Source: an uncultured bacterium | GTDB taxonomy: Bacteria > Verrucomicrobiota > Verrucomicrobiia > Verrucomicrobiales > DEV007 | Length of the DNA: 64,000 nt | Reading direction: 5' to 3' | NCBI GenBank assembly: GCA_963977015.1 | Contig: CAXBMO010000018.1 | Location: 1 to 64,000 of the forward strand | Shown: positions 20,310 to 29,663 of the stretch, one piece after another | Numbering within the stretch: position 1 is the stretch's first letter | Layout of the letters: each line of letters begins with the position of its first letter | Made by a program: the position numbers and the translations under genes | Notes under the pieces: model-generated | Told to the model about the DNA's origin: nothing | The model's database searches: none | The model's input: only the letters and a program-made list of their open reading frames with translations

Positions 20310-23300
20310 ATGTTACTTTTTTCCACCGACATTGACGGGACCATCTACGATGGCCCCACTTCGTCAAAACGTTTCAAAGCATTTTGGTCAAAGCGACGAG
20401 AAGACGGGAATTGCCCGCTGCTCGCCTACAACTCCGGTCGTTCACTGGAGAATACCCGGAACTTGATTCGGGAAGCCGGGTTGCCGGAACCCGAATTCGT
20501 CATCGGTGGCGTGGGAACGGAGATTTATGATTTAAGCCGCAATGCACGGGTTGTGGAATGGGAGGAGACGCTCAGCGACCACTGGGATTTTGAGGAAGTC
20601 ACCCAACTGGTTCGCGCCCACGCCGCTGACATTGAAATGCAGCCAGCGGAGTGCCAAAACCCGTTCAAATGCAGTTGGTTTTGGCGCGACCGCAGCTCTG
20701 AAGACATTGAGACCCTTGCCACGATTCTTCAGGAGGCCGGATTGGATGCCCAAATCGTCTATTCCTCGAAACGGGATCTGGACGTGCTTCCCCGCCGGGC
20801 CAACAAAGGCAACGCCCTGGCCTGGCTCGCCGAATGGCTCGGAGTATCTCATGAAGACGTTGCCGTGGCGGGTGATTCCGGCAACGACGCCTCCATGTTT
20901 TTGATCGACGATGTTTTTCGAATTCTCGTTGCCAATGCAGAACGCACCTTGATCAACCACGTCGATGGACTCGACGTTTATCGCGCTGAACATCCTTGTG
21001 TGGAAGGCACCATCGCAGGTTTGGAGGAATGGATGAATTCCAGGCGCAAGGCCAGCGCCAAGCGCTCGAAGTCGACCACGTTCGACAATCTTTACCTCGT
21101 CCACATCTCCATCCATGGACTCATTCGGGGCGAAAACCTGGAGCTCGGTCGCGACGCCGACACCGGCGGCCAATGTCGCTACGTGCTGGAACTCGTCAAA
21201 GCACTGGCAGAGCACGAAAACGTCGAGCAGGTTGATCTTTTTACACGGTTGATCTCGGATGCAAAGGTCAGCCCGGATTACGCCAAACCGGTCGAGCCAC
21301 TCGGCAATGGCGCGTTTATTCGCCGCATTCAGTCCGGACCACGGCGCTACATTCGGAAGGAAACGCTCTGGCGCTACATGGATGCATTCATCGATCAATG
21401 TCTCGCGATCTTTCGCCAGAACAACCGCCTGCCGGACATCATCCACGCGCACTATGCCGACGCCGGCTACGTCGGAAGCCGATTGGCTTCGCTCCTCGGT
21501 TGTCCATTCGTCTTTACCGGGCATTCCCTGGGACGAACCAAGCTCGAGCAACTGCTGAAGAGCGGAAATCAGCCGAATCGAATCGAACGCCGCTACAATA
21601 CTTCGACGCGAATCGAAGCAGAAGAGTTGAGCCTCGACAGTGCTTCGTTCATCATCACGAGCACCAACCAGGAGGTCGAAAAGCAATATTCGATTTACGA
21701 TCAATACGTTCCCGAACGGATGCGGGTCGTGCCTCCGGGAGTTGATGTTACGCGGTTTGCTCCGCCTGGATCCGCCGATATTCCGGATGCGGTTTTCTCC
21801 AAAATCGAACGGTTTCTGGATCATCCGGAACGGCCCGCGGTGCTGGCGATCGCCCGGGCGGATGAAAAGAAAAACCTGGCGAACCTCATTCGAGCATTTG
21901 GAGAAAGCAAAACGCTGCGCAACCAAGCCAACCTTGTGCTGGTCGCCGGAAATCGTGATCGGATCCAGAACCTCAATCCCGGTGCGCGAAAAGTCTGGAG
22001 CGAGTTGCTTCGACTGATCGATGACTACGATCTCTACGGCTGCGTTTCCATTCCCAAACATCATGAGCCGTCTGAAATCCCGGCGTTTTATCGATACGCA
22101 GCACTCCGAAAGGGCATCTTCGTCAATCCTGCGTTGACCGAGCCCTTTGGATTGACCCTGATTGAAGCAGCCGCCTCCGGCTTGCCGAGCCTCGCAACCA
22201 ATGATGGCGGTCCGCGCGACATTCTCTCGAACTGCAAGAACGGGGCCTTGATCGAGCCGCTCGATGTTCCAGCGATGACGAAAGCACTTGAAGACGCGTT
22301 GTCCGATCCCAAACAATGGGAGCAATGGTCCACGAATGGCATCAAGGGAATCCAAGAATTCTACACCTGGAAAGGACATGTTGAACGTTACCTGGACCAT
22401 GCGTCCAATCTGCTTGAGGAGATCACCCAGCCTCACCTGATTACCGAAAAAATCCGGTCATCACTGCCGCTCAAAGATCGCATGATCTTTACGGGACTGG
22501 AAGAGCAACGCATCGAAGGCGACGCCGAGGCGATCGATCGCATTCGCGAAATGGCGAACGCCAATCTTCCCAAGTTGGGATTCGGGATTTGCTCCGGACG
22601 GAGCCTCCCCATGGTTCGCCAATTGATCGAAGAACTGGGCCTCCCCTCCCCCGATGTCTACATCACGCAACTCGGGGCTGAGATCCATTACGGAAAACGA
22701 TTTGTCACCGATTTGGCGTGGGCCAAACACCTCGCTCATCGCTGGGAACCGGATTCCATCCAGCAAGTTGTCAATCAAGTTCAAGGCCTGAAACTTCAGA
22801 CTGAGAAGGATCACCAACACCGCTTCAAAATTTCCTACGAAATCGAAAACGAAGCGGCCCCCAAACGCAGACGCGAGATCCAAAAACTTCTCCGCGAGAA
22901 CAATCTGCAGGCCAAGGTCATCCTCTCGCAGGGGCGCTGGCTCGACATCGTTCCATTGCGTTCCGGCAAGGGGCAGGCGATCCGCTACGTGACGATGCGT
23001 TGGGGAATTCCCGCCGATCGCGTCTTGTTCTACGCACGGCGCGGAAGCGATTACGAAGCCATGTCTGGACAATTTCTCGCGGTTTTGGGAGCGGATCACA
23101 GTCTGGAGCTCAATCCGTCAAAAAGTCTGCCCCGCGTCTATGTATCCCGAAAGCCCAACTTCTCAGGATTGTGGGATGGAATTCGGGCATATGGATTTGA
23201 CGACGGAAGCATCCGCATCCCTAGAAGTGCATCAGGCCTACAACCAGAAGAAGCCGAGGAGAATGAATCGGTCCTTGCGCCCGATTTCGTTGCCCACGTG

Positions 23301-23315
23301 AATGATGGAGAATAA
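20310..23315 (+). CDS. sps: Sucrose-phosphate phosphatase (HAD-IIB) / sucrose-phosphate synthase (GT4) / degenerate SPP-like fusion
   Basis: N-terminal 'STDIDGT...NSGR...NKG...GDSGND'; central 'HGLIRGENLELGRDADTGGQ', 'HAHYADAG', 'FVNPALTEPFGLTLIEAAASGLP'; C-terminal SPP-like domain. Confidence 0.9.
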   Translation: MLLFSTDIDGTIYDGPTSSKRFKAFWSKRREDGNCPLLAYNSGRSLENTRNLIREAGLPEPEFVIGGVGTEIYDLSRNARVVEWEETLSDHWDFEEVTQLVRAHAADIEMQPAECQNPFKCSWFWRDRSSEDIETLATILQEAGLDAQIVYSSKRDLDVLPRRANKGNALAWLAEWLGVSHEDVAVAGDSGNDASMFLIDDVFRILVANAERTLINHVDGLDVYRAEHPCVEGTIAGLEEWMNSRRKASAKRSKSTTFDNLYLVHISIHGLIRGENLELGRDADTGGQCRYVLELVKALAEHENVEQVDLFTRLISDAKVSPDYAKPVEPLGNGAFIRRIQSGPRRYIRKETLWRYMDAFIDQCLAIFRQNNRLPDIIHAHYADAGYVGSRLASLLGCPFVFTGHSLGRTKLEQLLKSGNQPNRIERRYNTSTRIEAEELSLDSASFIITSTNQEVEKQYSIYDQYVPERMRVVPPGVDVTRFAPPGSADIPDAVFSKIERFLDHPERPAVLAIARADEKKNLANLIRAFGESKTLRNQANLVLVAGNRDRIQNLNPGARKVWSELLRLIDDYDLYGCVSIPKHHEPSEIPAFYRYAALRKGIFVNPALTEPFGLTLIEAAASGLPSLATNDGGPRDILSNCKNGALIEPLDVPAMTKALEDALSDPKQWEQWSTNGIKGIQEFYTWKGHVERYLDHASNLLEEITQPHLITEKIRSSLPLKDRMIFTGLEEQRIEGDAEAIDRIREMANANLPKLGFGICSGRSLPMVRQLIEELGLPSPDVYITQLGAEIHYGKRFVTDLAWAKHLAHRWEPDSIQQVVNQVQGLKLQTEKDHQHRFKISYEIENEAAPKRRREIQKLLRENNLQAKVILSQGRWLDIVPLRSGKGQAIRYVTMRWGIPADRVLFYARRGSDYEAMSGQFLAVLGADHSLELNPSKSLPRVYVSRKPNFSGLWDGIRAYGFDDGSIRIPRSASGLQPEEAEENESVLAPDFVAHVNDGE

Positions 23316-23321
23316 CATTTC

Positions 23322-24227
23322 ATGACAGAAAACGATCAATTGCCCTTACTGGCCGGAATCGAAGCAGGCGGCACCAAGTATGTCTGCGCGGTGGCCACCA
23401 ACCCGGCGGAACCACTGCGCGAGGTTCGATTTCCAACCGAGGAACCGGAAACCACGCTGAAGCACGCCGTCGAGTTTTTCGCCGAAGCGAGCAAGGATTT
23501 CGGACCGATCCGCGCCATGGGAATCGGCACGTTTGGCCCTGCCGACATTCATCCCAAGTCCCCTGGCTACGGCTCCATCCTCACCACTCCCAAGCAAGGC
23601 TGGGCCGGATTCAACGTGGTTCAGGCTATCCGCGAAGGTCTTGGCACACCGGTTCCCACCGTTTTCGAAACCGATGTCAATGCAGCCGCGATCGGCGAAG
23701 CGGAGTTCGGAGCCGCGAAAAACCTGCGCTACGTTGCCTACATTACCGTGGGAACCGGGATTGGAGCAGCCTTTCTTCACGATGGTGATCTCATTCGGGG
23801 TCACATGCATCCCGAGGTCGGCCACATGATGATTCCAGATTTTGATCAGAAATTTGGAAAAGCGACCAACGTTTGCCCCTTTCACGATTCCTGTTTTGAA
23901 GGACGAGCCAGTGGACCATCGATTGAGGCGCGTTGGGGGAAACCCGGCAACGAATTGCCGGAAGATCATGAAGCCTGGGATCTCCAGGCATCGTACCTCG
24001 CCGCAGGATGCATCAGTTTGACGGCAACATGGTCACCGGAATTGATTATCCTCGGAGGCGGAGTGTTTCAACATCCCGGCCTGATCGGCAAGGTGCGCCG
24101 GGAATTTGAACGGCAGGCGGGGAATTACTGGAATTTGCCTTCCCTCGATGTTTACCTCAAAACACCCGGCTTAGGTCAACAGGCCGGAATTGTTGGCTCA
24201 CTTGCGTTAGCGCAGAAGTTACTTTGA
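23322..24227 (+). CDS. ROK family fructokinase
   Basis: 'GIEAGGTK', 'TDVNAAA', 'TVGTGIG', Zn site 'HPEVGH...CPFHDSCFEG'; lies in the sucrose operon. Confidence 0.88.
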   Translation: MTENDQLPLLAGIEAGGTKYVCAVATNPAEPLREVRFPTEEPETTLKHAVEFFAEASKDFGPIRAMGIGTFGPADIHPKSPGYGSILTTPKQGWAGFNVVQAIREGLGTPVPTVFETDVNAAAIGEAEFGAAKNLRYVAYITVGTGIGAAFLHDGDLIRGHMHPEVGHMMIPDFDQKFGKATNVCPFHDSCFEGRASGPSIEARWGKPGNELPEDHEAWDLQASYLAAGCISLTATWSPELIILGGGVFQHPGLIGKVRREFERQAGNYWNLPSLDVYLKTPGLGQQAGIVGSLALAQKLL

Positions 24228-24252
24228 TGGTAGCATTACCGCTATTGTATTC

Positions 24253-26199
24253 ATGGTAATTTCCAAGCAGCAATGCCAAACAGCCCTTCGCAGGCTTAAG
24301 AGACTTCTCGCCGCACGCTATCCCGAGGCGGTAAAGACGCCTGAATGGGGAGGCTTCGAGTATCGCTTGGAGGAAAACTTTCCAACGCTCTTAAATCATC
24401 TTCTCGAACTGTACGGGCACCACTTCGACTTCTATTACCATTTGGAGCGCCTCCTGGAAATCATGGCGGATGCCTGGCTCGAGCGTCCGCCAGATTGGAA
24501 GAGTGTCGATGCCATGCGGGAAGCGGATCCTTCCTGGTATCAATCCGGCCACCTCATCGGGGCCATGGCATACGTCGATCTGTTCTCCGACGATTTGAAG
24601 GGATTGCAGGACCGCATTCCCTACCTCAAAGAACTGGGAATTGCCTATCTTCACCTCATGCCGCTCTACAAGAGTCCCGATGGGGACGATGATGGAGGGT
24701 ATGCCGTCAGCAGCTATCGCGAGGTCGACGCCCAGCTTGGCACCACTGAAGATTTGATTGAGCTGGCGAGCGAGTTGCGCCGGCAGGGAATCAGCCTGGT
24801 GCTCGATTTCGTTTTCAACCACACTTCAGACGAACACGAGTGGGCGTTGAAGGCGCGCGAGGGCGATGAGGCGTATCAGGATTACTACCTGATGTTTCAC
24901 AACCGGGCGGAGGTCGATGAATATCAGCAGCACCTTCGCGCGATTTTCCCCGACGAACGTCCCGGCAATTTTACCTACCTCAACCGCCTGAGAAAATGGG
25001 TCTGGACGACCTTCCATACCTATCAGTGGGACCTCAACTATCGCAATCCGGAAGTCTTCAACGCCATGGCCGGAGAGATGCTCTATCTCGCCAATTGCGG
25101 GGTCGAAATTCTCCGCATGGATGCCGTTCCCTTCATTTGGAAGCAGAAAGGAACCTCCTGCGAAAATCTGCCCGAGGCGCATACGCTGATCGAGGCATAC
25201 AATGCCATTTCCCGGATCGTTGCGCCAAGCATGGTCTTCAAATCGGAAGCCATCGTCGCTCCGGATGAAATCAAAAAATACATCAGCACCGATCAATGCC
25301 AGATCTCCTACAATCCGCTGCTGATGGCTTTGCTTTGGGATGGGTTGGCAACGCGCAACGCCAAGCTCCTTCGGCATTCGATGGAGAAGCGGTTCGATAT
25401 TCCCAACGGCTGCGCCTGGATAAACTACGTTCGTTCCCATGACGATATCGGCTGGGGCTTCGACAATGATGACGCGCACGAAATTGGTCTGGACCCGCAT
25501 TCGCATCGCCGGTTCCTGACCCAATTCTATGTTGGCAATCACGAAGCCAGCTTTGCCGAGGGAGCCCTGTTTCAGGAAGATCCCAATACCGGCGACGCCC
25601 GCGTTTGCGGCACCACCGCGTCCCTGTGCGGGCTGGGACGCGCGCTGGATCTGAACGACGAGGCTGAGATTGAGCTTGCGATCCGCCGCATTCTGCTCAT
25701 TCACGGCGTGACATTCACGATTGGTGGAATCCCCCTGATTTACCTTGGTGAAGAGATTGGGATGCTCAATGATTCCAGCTACAAGCAGGAAGTCGATAAG
25801 GAGGACGACGAGCGATGGCTCCATCGTCCGCAATTCGACTGGGCCAAAGCGGATCTCCGCGCAGAGTCCGGCAGCGTCGAACAACGAATTTACGAAGGAT
25901 TCCTCAAGCTTTCCCAGCTCCGTTTCAACAACGCGGCGCTGGCCCGTGGCGACACCGAAATCATCGATCCCGGCAACGATCACGTTTTTGGCTATTTCCG
26001 GACGCTCCCGGAACAGAGCATTCTCTGCCTCGCCAACTTCAGCGATCGCGAACAGATCGTACCGGCACCGCGGCTCCGTCAGTTGGGCCTCAAAAAAGTG
26101 CTGACCGATATCATCGCCGGTCAAACCGTGATCGCGAACAAGGTTCTCCGGATGGAACCCCATCAGTTCATGGTCCTCCTGCGCCAGGGTGGCGGTTAG
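24253..26199 (+). CDS. Amylosucrase / sucrose hydrolase (GH13)
   Basis: 'DGGYAVSSY', 'DFVFNHTS', nucleophile 'RMDAVPF', 'FKSEAIV', 'VRSHDDIGW'. Confidence 0.88.
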   Translation: MVISKQQCQTALRRLKRLLAARYPEAVKTPEWGGFEYRLEENFPTLLNHLLELYGHHFDFYYHLERLLEIMADAWLERPPDWKSVDAMREADPSWYQSGHLIGAMAYVDLFSDDLKGLQDRIPYLKELGIAYLHLMPLYKSPDGDDDGGYAVSSYREVDAQLGTTEDLIELASELRRQGISLVLDFVFNHTSDEHEWALKAREGDEAYQDYYLMFHNRAEVDEYQQHLRAIFPDERPGNFTYLNRLRKWVWTTFHTYQWDLNYRNPEVFNAMAGEMLYLANCGVEILRMDAVPFIWKQKGTSCENLPEAHTLIEAYNAISRIVAPSMVFKSEAIVAPDEIKKYISTDQCQISYNPLLMALLWDGLATRNAKLLRHSMEKRFDIPNGCAWINYVRSHDDIGWGFDNDDAHEIGLDPHSHRRFLTQFYVGNHEASFAEGALFQEDPNTGDARVCGTTASLCGLGRALDLNDEAEIELAIRRILLIHGVTFTIGGIPLIYLGEEIGMLNDSSYKQEVDKEDDERWLHRPQFDWAKADLRAESGSVEQRIYEGFLKLSQLRFNNAALARGDTEIIDPGNDHVFGYFRTLPEQSILCLANFSDREQIVPAPRLRQLGLKKVLTDIIAGQTVIANKVLRMEPHQFMVLLRQGGG

Positions 26200-26213
26200 C
26201 CAATCCGCGTTTG

Positions 26214-27191
26214 TTACTTGAGGGCGCCCTCTGGCTCCCCATTGGTCGTCAGGACGTGAACTTCATGGGCTTTGACCGCCGGATTGAGGTATTCCCAAAC
26301 CACTTTCTTATCGCGGTTTACCTCAAACAATTTCGCCATGTCTGGCTTCCGTTGGCCATAACTGCAGATCACCGTATTTCCGTTCGCCAACCGCTGCCCT
26401 CCGCAGGGATCCGCAAAGCGACCGCCCACGTCCGCGTTGTCGACGCGCCACGCAACCTTTCCATCCGCATCAAACTCGACGGTCTTGTTGCCATGCGTCA
26501 GATTGACTAACGTGTTTCCATTGTCCAACCGAATCGCGGTGAAGGGCCAATTCTCGGCCTCTCGTCCCCCCAACTCTTCCAGGTCCGTTTTGAAGATCTT
26601 CACAACGGTTCCGTCAGGAGCGTATTCCTTGACGGCAAAGGCGAGCAAATGCGGAACCAGATAATTCCCGTTCGGCAATTTGCGCGCCATCCGAGTCTGC
26701 ATGTGTCCGTTCGCCGTTTCAGGTTGCAGTGGAACCGCCACCGCAATCGTTCCCTCGGGCGTCACTTCCACCAACTGCGGTTTGGTTCCCCGCTCCACAA
26801 CCAGGGTATTGCCATTCGGCAACCGGGCAACGCTTCCCAATTCCTTGTTCGCCTTACTGAGTTGGTAAGACCAAACCACTTCACCATCCCGGGTGATTTC
26901 CTTCGCGACATTCTTTCCTCCAATGGAAACCAGCACATTTCCGTTCTCCAACACAAAGCCATCCCGCGCCGCGCCTTCAGTCCGCCAGACGATTTCGTTC
27001 TCCTCGCTCACGATCACGGTTGGCTTCCCACAGATGAGGAAGGAGTGCCGAATCCCGCTTTCGCTGATCTGTTTCCCAAAGACGGCTGGCTTCGAGTTGG
27101 AATCGTTTGGCTTGGGATCTTCAGCCCAAGCTGCGAAGGTCGCCGAAACAAAAAGGAGAAGGGTCGTCGTCGTCGTCGTAAAGGGTTTCAT
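26214..27191 (-). CDS. Secreted beta-propeller repeat protein
   Basis: Signal peptide; repeated 'RLPNGNTL / RLDNGNTL / RLANGNTV' blades with 'VVW'. Confidence 0.75.
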   Translation of the reverse strand: MKPFTTTTTTLLLFVSATFAAWAEDPKPNDSNSKPAVFGKQISESGIRHSFLICGKPTVIVSEENEIVWRTEGAARDGFVLENGNVLVSIGGKNVAKEITRDGEVVWSYQLSKANKELGSVARLPNGNTLVVERGTKPQLVEVTPEGTIAVAVPLQPETANGHMQTRMARKLPNGNYLVPHLLAFAVKEYAPDGTVVKIFKTDLEELGGREAENWPFTAIRLDNGNTLVNLTHGNKTVEFDADGKVAWRVDNADVGGRFADPCGGQRLANGNTVICSYGQRKPDMAKLFEVNRDKKVVWEYLNPAVKAHEVHVLTTNGEPEGALK

Positions 27192-27380
27192 TCCTCTCCA
27201 CCGTGCAAAACTTCCCGAGTCTTGGCGAGTTCCGATTTGGCCAAAAAGGATCCGATTTTCTCTTTCCGTAAAGCGCGCGAGACCTTTTCCCGCGAGGAAC
27301 GAAACTTTTTGGGGAGAAGTATGGTTGCAAACGATCGGTTCTTCCGCCCTGCTTTTCCCTCAGAAGCAACCCCTTCAATC

Positions 27381-28922
27381 ATGATCAAGCCCCTTACCCG
27401 TTTTCTTTGCCTCATTGCCCTAACAACCGCAATTCCAGCCTTTTCGTCTCAACCCAACATCATGGTTTTCCTCGTCGACGATATGGGCGTCATGGACACT
27501 TCGGTTCCCTTTCTGACTGACGAGAGCGGCGAGCCGAAACGATACCCGCTCAACGATTTTTATCGCACTCCGGGGATGGAGCGTCTCGCCGAAAACGGCA
27601 TTCGGTTTAACAACTTTTACGCCATGAGCGTTTGTTCGCCGACGCGGATTTCGATCATGACCGGTCAGAATGCAGCCCGTCATCGCGCCACCAACTGGAT
27701 CAATCCCTGGAAAGACAATGCGGGCACAAACGGACCTCCAGACTGGGACTGGAAGGGATTGGAGAAGGGAGACGTGACGCTTCCCGGGCAGCTTCGAACG
27801 GCCGGGTATCGCACGATCCACGTTGGCAAAGGCCACTTTGGTCCCGAAGAAACCGATGGCGAAGAGCCCCTGAACCTGGGATTCGACATCAACATTGGCG
27901 GGCGTTCTTTTGGCGCGCCCGGCAGCTACTATGCCGAGAAAAACTACGGACTGGGCACCAAGCGCGCCAAATCTGCGGTGCCTCACCTCGATCACTATCA
28001 CGGAACGGACACGTTTCTCACCGAGGCGCTCACGATCGAGACGAAGAAGGTGGTCGCCAAAGCGGTCGAAGAGAAGCAGCCCTTTTACCTCTATTTCTCG
28101 CATTACGCGGTGCATGCCCCGTTTGAATCTGACCCACGGTTTGCCGCAAACTACGCGGACTCTGACAAACCCAAAAACGCGCAGGCTTTCGCGACGCTGA
28201 TTGAGGGCATGGACAAGTCGTTGGGCGATATGCTGGATCAATTTGAAGAGTTGGGAATTGCCGAAGACACACTCGTCATCTTCCTGGGAGACAATGGCTC
28301 CGACGCACCGCTCGGAAACCAGCATGAGATCGCTTGTGCCGCTCCGCTTCGCGGAAAAAAGGGCGCCCACTACGAGGGCGGAATGCGCGTGCCTTTCATC
28401 GCCGCCTGGGCCAAACCCAATCCGGAAAACACGTTCCAGAAACAGCTCCCCATTCCATCCGGCGCGATTCAAAGCCAGGTCGCCTCGGTTCAGGACATCT
28501 TCCCAACGCTGCTGAGAGTCACCGGCGCGACCTCGCCTGACGACCATGCCGTCGATGGATCGCCGCTGCAGACGCTCCTTGCCGGCAAACCTGATTCAAC
28601 CCGACCCGAGCAGTTCTTGATGCACTACCCGCACGGTCCTCACCGCAGCAATTATTGGACGAGCTGGCGCGACGGCGATTGGAAGGTCATTTACCACACC
28701 CTGCCTCACACCAAGACCACGGGAGGGTTTCTCCAGTTTGAAGGCGGCAATTATGAACTCTTCAACCTGGCCGACGATCCCTTTGAATCCACGAATCTCG
28801 CAGATTCAAACCCTGATGAACTCAAGCAGATGATGACAGGATTGATCTCCGCATTAAAGCAACACGACGCGGTCTATCCGATCGATGATGCGGGCGCGCC
28901 CCTTCCTCCCAAACTTCCCTAA
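27381..28922 (+). CDS. Sulfatase (S1, formylglycine-dependent)
   Basis: 'PNIMVFLVDDMG', CxPxR motif 'CSPTR', 'GKGH', 'GDNG', 'YEGGMRVP'. Confidence 0.92.
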   Translation: MIKPLTRFLCLIALTTAIPAFSSQPNIMVFLVDDMGVMDTSVPFLTDESGEPKRYPLNDFYRTPGMERLAENGIRFNNFYAMSVCSPTRISIMTGQNAARHRATNWINPWKDNAGTNGPPDWDWKGLEKGDVTLPGQLRTAGYRTIHVGKGHFGPEETDGEEPLNLGFDINIGGRSFGAPGSYYAEKNYGLGTKRAKSAVPHLDHYHGTDTFLTEALTIETKKVVAKAVEEKQPFYLYFSHYAVHAPFESDPRFAANYADSDKPKNAQAFATLIEGMDKSLGDMLDQFEELGIAEDTLVIFLGDNGSDAPLGNQHEIACAAPLRGKKGAHYEGGMRVPFIAAWAKPNPENTFQKQLPIPSGAIQSQVASVQDIFPTLLRVTGATSPDDHAVDGSPLQTLLAGKPDSTRPEQFLMHYPHGPHRSNYWTSWRDGDWKVIYHTLPHTKTTGGFLQFEGGNYELFNLADDPFESTNLADSNPDELKQMMTGLISALKQHDAVYPIDDAGAPLPPKLP

Positions 28923-28952
28923 CTCCCCAATCAGACCTTCGAAATTTCCAAT

Positions 28953-29639
28953 ATGAGTGCCAAGCAACAGATTATCGCCAGCGGTGGCGGCGGATTCGGA
29001 CGGAGCGTTGACGATCTCCGGATGGAGAAGTGGATGCTGGATCAAACCGGCAAATCGAATCCCAAAGTCGGCTTTCTTCCCCAAGCCAGCCGCGAAGACG
29101 ACGCTTACACGAGCCGTTTTTACGAGGCGTTTACGCGGTTGGGCGCAACGCCGACCTGCGTTTCGATGTTTGGCGTCGTCAAGCCGGAGTGGGAGGATCG
29201 CCTCCTCAGCCAGGACCTGATTTACGTCGGTGGCGGAAACACCCGAACCATGTTGGCCATCTGGAGGGAATGGGGCGTGGACAAGGTCCTGAAAACCGCG
29301 CTGGAAAAGGGAATCGTCCTGGCCGGCGTCAGCGCGGGAGCGATTTGTTGGTTCGACCAGGGCGTCACCGATTCGGTCTGGCCACTGGGCGTCCTTCCCT
29401 GCCTTGGATTTCTCAGCGGAAGTTGTTGTCCGCACTTTGATGGCGAGGTTGACCGTCGTCCGTCCTACACTGCGATGCTCGCCGAAAACCGCATCCATCC
29501 CGGCATCGCGCTCGACGACTTTGCCATGGGCCACTTTGTGGATGGCGAATTGGAAAGCGTGGTGAGCGCCCGGGAATCCGCGAGCGGGTACTTGATGGGG
29601 GAGAATTCAGAAACGCCACGAGTCGACATCAGGATCTGA
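28953..29639 (+). CDS. Peptidase E (S51) family
   Basis: 'IYVGGGNT', catalytic 'GVSAGA', 'CPHFD'. Confidence 0.85.
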   Translation: MSAKQQIIASGGGGFGRSVDDLRMEKWMLDQTGKSNPKVGFLPQASREDDAYTSRFYEAFTRLGATPTCVSMFGVVKPEWEDRLLSQDLIYVGGGNTRTMLAIWREWGVDKVLKTALEKGIVLAGVSAGAICWFDQGVTDSVWPLGVLPCLGFLSGSCCPHFDGEVDRRPSYTAMLAENRIHPGIALDDFAMGHFVDGELESVVSARESASGYLMGENSETPRVDIRI

Positions 29640-29663
29640 TTCGCCGAAAGCCCGGAGACCGGA

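Noticed and set aside
26649-27380. Long N-terminal extensions in the ORF track (also 31082-31699, 56374-56799, 51994-52185)
   Set aside because: They overlap genes on the opposite strand or upstream; downstream ATGs give proper signal peptides.
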